DNA of 64,000 nucleotides. It comes from Vermamoeba vermiformis (lineage: Eukaryota). The notes under the pieces were generated by a model. The model searched no databases and was not told where the DNA came from. It saw only the letters and a list, made by a program, of their open reading frames with translations. Both the position numbers and the translations under genes were made by a program. The stretch lies in NCBI GenBank assembly GCA_045837725.1, contig JBEWZL010000096.1, positions 62,001 to 126,000 on the forward strand, in the 5' to 3' direction. Below are positions 39,878-49,881 of the stretch, piece after piece (within the stretch, counting starts at the first letter, position 1; each line of letters starts with the position of its first letter).

Positions 39878-41472
39878 ATGGATTTACCCGCAGAGATTAT
39901 CGAGCTAATATTGGCTAACGCGAGTTATAAAGACGTGTGCAAGTAAGCTCACCGATCTAAATCCAGGGCTTCATTAAAAAAATAAATTTAAAATTGAATA
40001 GCAAGTCTTGCAATCAATTTATTATGTACTCGGCACTTTGCGAATATTTAATAATTTTTTTAATTAAAAATTAGAGCCAAAATAGTATCTCGAAAATGGC
40101 GCGACGCTGCTATCGACTTACTTCGCCGTGGTGCTTGCAAACGAGTAAATATAGTTAATATTTTGATAATATTGTATTTTTAATGACCATTGTGTTGCTT
40201 CAGAAAACGTTGGAAGAAAGAGTTCAATTTCTTCTCTTCAAAATTCAAAAAGAGGCCAAAAAGAGTGGCAAAAAAGATAAAATACTCAAAGAAGACCTTA
40301 ATAAGCTGCTTACGGTATTCTTTATTCATTCTTTAAAGAATTGCTTTCCGCGAGATTTCAATCTCTCTCCCTCGATCCGTTCAAAAGTTTTGTTACGCAG
40401 CACCTCATTAACCTTACTATTATTGTAGTATGCACTAGATACGAATGTTATGTTAGAATTGCCTGCCATAGTTAACCACCGCAATGCAGCTCAATCTATT
40501 ATCCGCTTGTGGCTCTACGCAGAGGACGATCTCGGTCTTTGGGACTATTTTGACAAAGTAATGGCTAAATCAGGTAGTATTATAAACTAAATTTACCATT
40601 TACCACTCATTTTTAACAATTTTTTGCTAGACAAAGTCCACATCCGCTCGCCATTGCTAATTCCTTATCTGCAACACAAGTGTCGAGATTTATATGAGCT
40701 GAATTTAGATCTATTAGACGATGCCATAGATAAAAATGCGAATTTAAACCTTGAAGTAAGCTATAAAACCATATCTAAGCGAATTTAACGCTTGTTAGGT
40801 GGATCCGGCCAAAGGCGGCAGACCTGAAAACGCTGAAAATCTTGTCAAAGTGTTCAAACAATATTTCGACGCCCTTCTGCCTACTTTAGAAAAGATGAAT
40901 AAGTAATAGATGCTTATTTAAGTGAAATTCTAATTGATCATTAGAGCAACGCTCGGTTGGTTGCAACACATCCACAAAAAGTTCGCGGACATGAGACTAC
41001 TTAAGGCGATATTAGTTATGAATTTTCTTACCCCGTCAATTCTTAGTCAATCAGCTGATCGAGATATCCATCGGCTAGTAAGCACAAATTATTGATTTTG
41101 GTACAACAAAAATATTGACCTGGATCTAGGGCCCGAAAAAGCCAAAACCTGAACCACTCATACGAGTAAGAAAGTATATATTGGTATGTAAGATTTTGAC
41201 GTCAGCGATGCTGGGCAATACGCACAAGGAGGATTTTCTACGAGGAGCAGATGCGTGCACTGCTCAAGTTGCACTGCAATTAGAAGACGCTATTAAACGG
41301 CTAATGGTAAAGAATATTAATTCTTTCATAAAAATAGCGCTATACTAACGATATTTTATAGACTATTGAAGTTGATCCAAGTGATCTATTTCGTCCGTTC
41401 AATTTCTCAGGGAGCGAGATCTTTGAGGCGTTGTCAATTATTAAATCATATGAAGGCAAAAAACCTCAATAA
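39878..41472 (+). CDS. F-box + degenerate RasGAP-like domain protein, copy 2 (paralog of 36116..37760)
   Basis: MDLPAEIIELILANASYKDVCK|AKIVSRKWR; same exon structure as copy 1; KTLEERVQFLLFKIQKEAKKSGKKDK identical; LNLE|VDP..RPENAENLVKVFK. Confidence 0.72.
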
Positions 41473-41568
41473 TAATCTTAATGTAACATATTAATAATTT
41501 TGCATAAAACAGTTAACTATAACTAAATGTACGAGATCCGCTAGTTTTATTTACAAAGTGTTGTTGTT

Positions 41569-44136
41569 CTATTTAATATTAGAAGGCTTGGCGTTATTAT
41601 TATTGTTATTATTCGAAGAATTGTTGTTATTCTTAATTTTTAGTTTTTCAAATCCAGATCCGATCTTCTTAAAGAACGACGTAGACTGTTCCTTAAACTC
41701 TTCAAATCCATCCTTAATCTTTTCTTTCGTCTCTTTGCCCCAATCATCTACCTTATGTACAATCTCGCCTAATGTCTCTAACGCTCTGTTTCCACCTTCT
41801 TCCGAATCCGAATCTGAATCGTAATCTGAGTCGTAATCTTGGCCTTTTAATTTCGCGACTAATCTGCGCGCTATTAATTTGGCCCATCTTAACTTCACTT
41901 TTGTGCCGTACTGCGAGCATCGCGTGTTGTCGTAATGGCCCGGCTAAAACAAACCAAAACATTAGTCATGTTAGCAAAAATTTAATCATACACGGATATA
42001 TTTAAAAGTTAATGAAAATGAATAGTAATATTAGAATAGACTAATAATAATAATAACAATAGCCTTTTATGTTTCAGCAAAAAAAAAAAAGAATTCGTGG
42101 ATCAAATCCGGAGTACTACTTTTTACGCAGATGTAATAGCATTTAATATAAAGTTCTGATTGTACTGTTATAGAAAAATTTTCGAGTAGTTGTTAAGTTT
42201 TCGAAAAGTGAAATTTACCTCGTATTCTTTCATGCACTGCCAACAGAACTCGTACGAACACCGCTCACACGTCATGTGATTGCAGCCCCCGTCCTTCTGA
42301 ATGACCGCTTTGCAGTTCGGACACAATTTGGTGTAAAAGCGCTGCCACAGAGCCACGCGCACATCGGTCTTCGAGTGCGACATTTTCCACTTTTTGAATT
42401 CTTCGCACGTCTTGCCTGGGTGATACTAAACATAATAAATTTATTAAAAACTTCAGAAATTGAATTTCTAGAGATTTTTAGATCCGCCAATAAGTCGTGG
42501 ATCAGATCCGGATGTACACCCTCAAAATCGCAACTTTAACGAGCATATAGTACTTACCTCATCGCTGCAATCAAAACAGTACTCATAATTACATTGGCTG
42601 CAAATGATTTTTGAATCGTTTTCGTGTTGCCTTGGCATCGCGTTACCGCATCCAGCTGGATTCGGACACCTGTTGCAACATATTGTTAGCTCATATATAT
42701 GTCATATATATTATATTTATGAGTACTTGCCATCTCATATTCGGATTCTTATTAATCGCATTGTTTCGTGCAAAATCGATGTATTTTACGAAGACCGGTT
42801 TAGGCAGAATAAATTTCAACTGAAAAATGGAAACACGTTAGTTTTATACTTATAATACTATTATAAATTAATATAAGTGTAATATTTAATATTTTGGTAT
42901 TAACTTACGTCGTCATAAGTGCACATATTTTCACAATTTGGATCCGGACATTTTATGTCAGTTTTTCCGCTATTGATGTTCTGTGTATAATAATCTTGAA
43001 GGCACTGCAAATGATGATTATATTAATATATGACCTATTCTCTATATTCGCACATGTTATGCAAATAAAAATTAAATTACTTACGCTGCCGCAGTAATTA
43101 TGTTTACATTTCTCAAAAACGTAGCCGGATCCAATAATAACTTCATCCATGCAAATAGGACACTCGAAGGGCTTCTTATTTACAGGGTCATAGTGTTCGA
43201 TATATACTCGTTGATGCATCTATGATAAGAAGTTCAATGCAAGATCTTGATCTGATCCAAAAAAACTTTTCGGATGTGGATTGATCCCATGATCGTATTG
43301 ATTTATAATACTATAGTGCTATTATATATACTTACATATTCTTCATCGATATCATCAGGCGGCAAACAGCTGCTCACGTGTTGTTCAATTTCAGCGCTAC
43401 CGAATAATTCGCCGCACATCGGACACTGCGCAATATCAGCGCCTATTAGTAACCCTTTAGTATTAATATAAGGCATTGTTTAATAGCCATAATTCACAAT
43501 ATTCTGAAAAGATTTTGTGTCGCGAGATGCGAAAACCGATCGGATGGAAAACTCGAGAAAAACAGATCAAGAACGTTCCAATATCGAATAAATTCATATT
43601 AAAATGCATATATTGTGTGGGTATGATATTTATAAATAACGTACCGAGCGATTGAGATTGAATCAATTGTTGTTCAGTTAAGAATCTGATCTGATCGTCA
43701 CTTAATTGATTCAAATTGAGATTCTGAAACGCTAAATCGTCATTTAATATACTACTAAAATCGTGATGATGGTGAGGGTGGGACTGCTGTGGTTGTTGAG
43801 GCTGTAAGAATGGATTTGTCGGTGAAATTGAGATTTGGTATTTTCGTTCGATATCTTTCAGCATTTCCTCTTCCTCCATTTTTTTGGCAAATAATAGATC
43901 TTGTTCTACGACGAAATTAATTATTTAATTATTAAATAGTCGAAAAAAAGAATAACATTTTTGGAATCCGTTCTGGAATTCCAGACAAGCGTTTACCGCG
44001 ATAATAGCAATATGTTAATTATATAAGTACCTTCTCTAGCCAAGTCTTCATTAGATTTTCCTTGTTGCCGCTCTTCTTCTTGAATTTTGAGAGCCAACTC
44101 GAAATCTAATTCTTCTTGTGACTTGAACTCGCTCAT
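41569..44136 (-). CDS. RBR (RING1-IBR-RING2) E3 ubiquitin ligase with N-terminal ubiquitin-binding motifs
   Basis: MIU-like [12 protein letters not shown] and [15 protein letters not shown]-like [24 protein letters not shown]1 [45 protein letters not shown]2 [30 protein letters not shown] with the catalytic Cys. Confidence 0.9.
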
Positions 44137-44249
44137 TTTAATACAACTTAATTATTATACACCTGTAGTAGTATTATGGAGCGTTACATCAGAATAAAAT
44201 TTCGTTTCCGTTCGCACAAAAGCTGGACGGAAATTTGACCGTTTTTTGT

Positions 44250-45318
44250 TGGAAACTTGGTCGTACTGACCCTGATCGCATGATGTTTTTGCCTTTTGCC
44301 AATGCTTACCGTTACGACGTTGGCTGGAACTACGCCCCACGAAGCTTTTACGACCCTGTTAAGGTAAAAATCTATCATTGCTACCCTTCAAAGCTATCTT
44401 TTTGCTAACATGAAAATTCGCATGCCAGAAACGCCAGATCCAATTCGGATGGTTGAACGAAGGCAGAGATACCTCGAGTAAGTATTATGCGTCTAATTTT
44501 ATGAATTAAAGGTGGTTATAATTAATTTTGTGCAGTCAATGCTAAAGAAGGTTGGGCTGGTGTCATGACTTTGGCCCGCGAGATCTACATGTTAGTATAC
44601 TTTTTGACATATTTGATGCTTGATAAATACTAACAATGCGTCCTATAATAGTCGTGATGACAATACAGTTGGATTCAGACCTATTGAAGAACAAAAACAG
44701 TTGCGCAAGTCCACTCTGTTCACGTTGAATAACTACGTGTTCCCGAATAATCTCGTTCGATGGGACAATATTTTCCGCAACGCAAAAGGAAATCAACTCG
44801 AATTTATTGCTAAATTTAAAATTTCCGCTGCTCAACAGCCTACGTAAGTTTTACGAAAGTTAAGTATTGGATCTGATCTAATTTTTGTTCGTCTTCAGTG
44901 ATCGATTTGGCATTATTTTGTTGTCGGATACTTTGCAAACGGAATACACGAGAATATTTGCAGATTTATCGCAGAATCAAATGGGCTACAATTTGACTTA
45001 CGGATCCCTCAATCCTAAAACAGATCACAGCGTAAATCAACTTCCTTTTACTTTCACCAACTCCCTCACGTAAGTACATACATTATATATTACCTTCACT
45101 AAACTAAGAATTCATTTCTTAGTTTGCATGGATTCGTGGATCACTCAGTCATCGAAGTTTTCGTGAACGAACAAATCGTGCTCACGCCCAGAGTGTACCC
45201 TGAAGGACCTGACGCGCTTCATATGGGCCTCTATTATGAACAAGTATCTGATGGCACTCCTTCGCAGATCACTTTGGAGTCCTTGATTGTGTACAGCGTT
45301 GGATCTATTTGGGACTAA
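44250..45318 (+). pseudogene. GH32 invertase, 3' half (last propeller blades and beta-sandwich), with no own 5' exon
   Basis: Starts abruptly at TGG: WKLGRTD...YDVGWNYAPRSFYDPVK|KRQIQFGWLNE...GWAGVMTLAREI...RPIEEQKQLR...VDHSVIEVFVN..LTPRVYP. Six exon pieces splice in frame to the stop at 45318. Confidence 0.9.
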
Positions 45319-45571
45319 TTACACTTGGAGTTGTATTGATCTTTCGCAATTTATACTAAGATCTTGATAGTAAATTAAAAATTGTTACACATTGAATTGG
45401 CCGTTTTCTAAAATTGTTTCCTAACATTTGCGACGACCGTTCACTGAAAACCGGTCGTATTTTCTAAACGACCGCGTAAAGAAAATTTCTATTTTTCGTT
45501 TTTGAATTACCTAGGCCAGAACATAAAGCAGCATTATTTTGTCTAATTGGCGCAACTCGATTCCGAATCCG

Positions 45572-47540
45572 TTAGTTTCCACCATTAATACTTGGCAGCA
45601 ATTTCGTGGTCTCGTCAACACCACTCACAACGGACTTGGTCCAGTCATCTTTGATTATAATCAATATAAATATAGAACCTATAAGCGACACAACTCCTCC
45701 TATAGCCAAAACTGCAGCGTACTTGTCGAAAACTAACAATATGACAGATCCGCCCAACGACGCAATGATCTGCGGAACACAAAGGGCTAAATTTAACGTC
45801 GCTAAAAATAGCCCTATTTTAGACGTTAATAAATGAATTTCAATACGAACAATTCGTCAAAAAATAAAACTTACCTTTGTCCGTTGTTCCTTGAACCGCT
45901 ACTGAAGCAATTGCTCCAGGAATTGTAAATGTCTAAAAATAGACTTTTAGGACCAATATTGATTGTTTTTGGTACTTACCGATGCCCATGATATGCCGAG
46001 AGCGCCATAAATTAAAAATCCTAAGTATTCGTTGTTGACCAACATTGTAGCTATTAACGAACATCCCTGACATAAAGCTGTCAATAATTTATATTAAGAA
46101 AGCATATCTATCAGATTTTTTGCTTACTTGAACGAGTTGACTGAAAAAATAGAGTTTCTTGTGACCGAAGATTTTGATCAGAGGAATCAATAGCAGAGAA
46201 TACACGACTGATACGAGCCCAAAGAGACTAGTAGCTGTTGACGCCATTTGAACTCCGTTCTGGTACTTTAAATAATTCTCAGAATTGTGATCTGCGTTCG
46301 GATCTCCACCCATAATCTGAGTGCCGAACCAAGTCGATGAAAACATGTTCCAGGAAAACCAAGCGTAGAACGTAAACAAATGGATGACGAATAAGCCTTT
46401 CAGTGGCTTTGGCAAGCTCGGCAAAGCGAATAAAATTTTCTGCGAAATAAAATTGATAAATGGCAATTGCCTAATTGGGAATCGTACCTTAAACGTGGCG
46501 CCGATTGAAACTGCTTCGTGATTATCTCCGTATTTGATATTTTCCTTGACCATAAGTAAGCAGACAGCGACGGTAACCAACACCACGATAGTGCTCAATG
46601 AATACATAGCTCGAATTTGAGTTACCATAAAAGGCAATATTATTAAAATGTTGAAATTGAGCCATGGTATTCGACCACCGAGTAATCCTCCGAACACTGC
46701 ACCAGTACTAAGATGTCCAGAAATGCATGCGTTGCCTAGTGTTTGCTGTTCTGAGGGCGCTACATCCGTCAATAAGGCTTGAACCTAATATAATATGTGC
46801 CATTAATTAATGGGAAAATAATTTGCTTGATTTTGCGATTAAATGAAACAAAAAGTTGATCTCAACCGATCAAACTTACCGGCGATTGAACCACGTTTAA
46901 AGCAAAATCTAATATCCAAAAACTAGTCGCTGCTATTGCTAGTCCCCAAGGTGTATAATTGTGATTGCTATTGTCCGCTGGTTGAGTTTCATTAAAGTTG
47001 TTCGATTGAGTTGTGTTAGAAAACTCATATTTGTCACCAAATGCCACCCCGATTACATCTGCATTTGCGAATAATTGCAATGATATAATGACTATTAAAG
47101 CGCCAACGGCTATAAATGGCTTTCGCTTGCCCCATCTGGGTCTCGCATGTCAGATCAACCGTAGACGTTATTTTTTTCCTTTCCTACCTTCCATTCCAGG
47201 CGTCACTCATAGCACCTACAATAGGTTGCACGACGATACCAGACATCGGCCTAAAATTAATGTGGTTTGAGAATTAATCGAAATAATTGATCCGGATGCA
47301 ATCTTTTCTCTGCTGTAAGAAGCGTCAACATTATAAATTGCACGTTAAAAATTTTAATTAATTATTTGACTGCCCTTACCCCGCAAGCCATACCCAGGGA
47401 ACAAGCCACTTCGCCAATCCAAACTGCAACAGTGTTGGTGACGTGTAGACATATTGTGTGGCTCGTACAAACGCCAAGCTGAGCATAGGAGACGTCAATG
47501 CTAATATTTTATACGCTGGTTGCCGTTCCTTGTACTCCAT
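45572..47540 (-). CDS. Sucrose transporter family MFS (SUC/SUT/SLC45-like)
   Basis: WVWLA|GPMSGIVVQPIVGAMSD; RWGKRKPFI; FWILDFALNVVQSP|VQALLTD; FYAWF; WFGTQIMGGDP; YQNGVQM; G|LFLATLNLALCVPQII. Confidence 0.9.
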
Positions 47541-47906
47541 TGTGCAGATAATTAACAAAAATCTTCAACCGCATAAACGTTTGTTTACTTGCAAAAAATC
47601 ATGTGCCAAGCTAAGCGATCATATTTGACGCATTGCATTACTATCTTATTACAAACATTCATAATCGTATCAGGTATTCGTGTTCGACGCGATGACCGAA
47701 AGACTTTTATTGTGAATCACTCGATGGTTCATTATATATACATATTGGGACAAATGGACGGTACATATTGGGGTGAGTAATTATTTCGAAACATAAAGTG
47801 ATTTGCTAGTATACATATTATGACATTTTGACACCTTAACGCATCCGTCTTGAATCTGTAACATTATTTTTAGTATTAACCAAAACACTACATACTACAA
47901 TAACTG

Positions 47907-49650
47907 TTAATCGAGCGTAGACTTTTCGCTTTCAAGTATCTCCAGGGCTATTTCCAGATCCAGTAAGATCGCGCTACCCGCTTGTTCGGGAATCGGTTTG
48001 TTTACCTCGTTCATATTTAGCTCGACCAGCTAATAAAATATTATTATATAAAATGCATTTATATGTATAATTTTACGTACCATGAGCTCTTCGAATGACG
48101 GAACAAGAAGAGTTTGCAGATCCGTTGAAAAAGAATTCGCTCGTTCCAAATACGGCTCTTTGCTACGCATACAAAACAGCCCGTTTTGAATAATAATGGC
48201 CATCAGATGAAGGTGACGAGTATTATATTGGGATGGCATGAGCTTCTTTCGCGTTTGCAGCTGTAAACTTTGTCAGATCCGGATCCACAAAATCTTACCT
48301 AAATAAAATAAACGTATAATCTGTATTAACTTACTCTAGGATTGAACATCGATATAACACTCGGCATCACAAATTTCGTGAAAAATTGAGAGAGAACAAG
48401 AAACGCCGAGTTGTTGAGTGACTGGTACATCAACTTCAATAAATAGATCATTTTACTATAAAAGGAAATTAATATTTCGCCCAATAGTATTAGTCCGTAC
48501 CTTGGCAAAGTTTCAAAATATTCGCAGTGGCTTTTACCGCTGCTCGAGTCATGTCCATAATAGTGTCAATATGCGTGGGCTGATAACCATCACGAGCAGG
48601 ATCCACCTGATAAATTAATAGTAAGTCCAAGTAAATTGTTTCACATGTTATATTTGAAACTAAATATTTGACAATATTGCCCGATTGAGATTTCAAAAGC
48701 TTCGTATCGGATCTGCTCCGCGTGACATGTCACGTGTCACTTTTTGATCGACAAGTACCTCTAATCGCAAGCTTCTATTCGGGGTTAATATCTTCATAAG
48801 CTCCTTTTCAAGTTCTCGTAAGAATGTATGAGCACTGTGATGCATCATCATAAAATACCCGGTCACAAGCGGGATTCGCTGGCCGATCAGATTCTCTAAA
48901 CCATTACCAAAACTTCAGCGTAAGACGTATTAAGTATAATATTATAAATATAAACGTACGAGGTGACTTGAAACATGATATGATGTATTGTCTAATTAGA
49001 TCTTCTTCTTCGGCGAAAAACCACAGCCGCAACATCACTTTTTCTTTATCTAGCGCTCGATACTTGGTTGGAAGTGACAACACTTTTTCAAAGCTTGATT
49101 TGAGCCAATTAACATCTTTTTTGATCCTCGCTGGCTCTGTCGTTGGTTCTGGTGGTTGGCTCGTCGTGCCATTTTTGGATTTGTCTTTCTTTGACTTTTT
49201 TTCTTTCTTTTTCTTTTTCTCTTTTTTATCCTTTTTGTCCTTCTTTTTTGAGCCTTTATCGGTACTCGTTTGGTTCATCCAATAAATGGCGGTGCTGAGA
49301 TAAAAACTTGAACACTGCGAATTGGATGCGCTCGGTTTGATTTCTCTGTCAATCTAATGAGCAAAATAGGTATAATTAATATTATCATTATTACCGCTGG
49401 CATTTTATTTCTCCGAATTAATGAATCAATTGCTGCACGCCAATTTTTAGAAACGGATCTGGCCCTAAAATTGTTTTATTTCAGTTTCAAGCCCGAATAA
49501 TATAATGAATTAATTTTCGTAATACTTTAGGCTCATAAACAATATTTATATTTACCTCAGGAAAGCAGATTGCGTGTCAAGACTTGACAAGATCTTCTCA
49601 ATCACTTCAACAGGCAACATGTCTCCGATATCGTACCGTGCGTGTTCCAT
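47907..49650 (-). CDS. F-box + degenerate RasGAP-like domain protein, copy 3 (divergent, with a Lys-rich insert)
   Basis: F-box MLPVEVIEKILSSLDTQSAFLR|ARSVSKNWR; LRLWFFAEEE (cf. RLWLYAEDD in copy 2); LRLE|VDPARDG with the same intron position; FFTKFVMPSV; TRHLHLMAIIIQN; KEPYL. Confidence 0.68.
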
Positions 49651-49881
49651 TTTTATTGAAATTTGAACAAGGTTGATTTCAGCTGTGGTCGAGCTCGCGT
49701 TCAGTTTGGTCAGAAAAATGGGACGTTGGATAAATAACATAATTAACTTTTTCTGTGATACATCTATGAAAAAGCGACTATAGGGTTACGTCTTCCTTCG
49801 TATCGAATAGAATAGATGAGAATAATATTTTATTTCGCAAGCTTAGTATAATACAAATAATTACATAATTACAAACACGAG

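Larger units (their letters stand above)
33639..44249. other. Inverted segment of about 10.6 kb; one of its two breaks cut a GH32 exon
   Basis: Reverse-complementing this segment joins ...GAC AAC GTG TTT to TGG AAA CTT GGT..., giving the in-frame GH32 sequence HDNVFWKLGRTD. Confidence 0.85.

Noticed and set aside
33639-44250. Trans-splicing as the way to join the two GH32 halves
   Set aside because: The break falls inside an exon. The 3' half is preceded by ...TTTTTTGT with no AG acceptor at the junction.
33620-44270. Recombinase-driven invertible switch (phase variation) at the GH32 breakpoints
   Set aside because: There are no inverted repeats at the two junctions (about 1 bp microhomology) and no recombinase gene in the window. 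Reversibility cannot be claimed without read data.
49170-49260. Long pyrimidine tracts (also 780-950 and 55780-56230) as microsatellites or regulatory elements
   Set aside because: They are the minus-strand coding sequence of Lys/Glu/Asp-rich protein segments.
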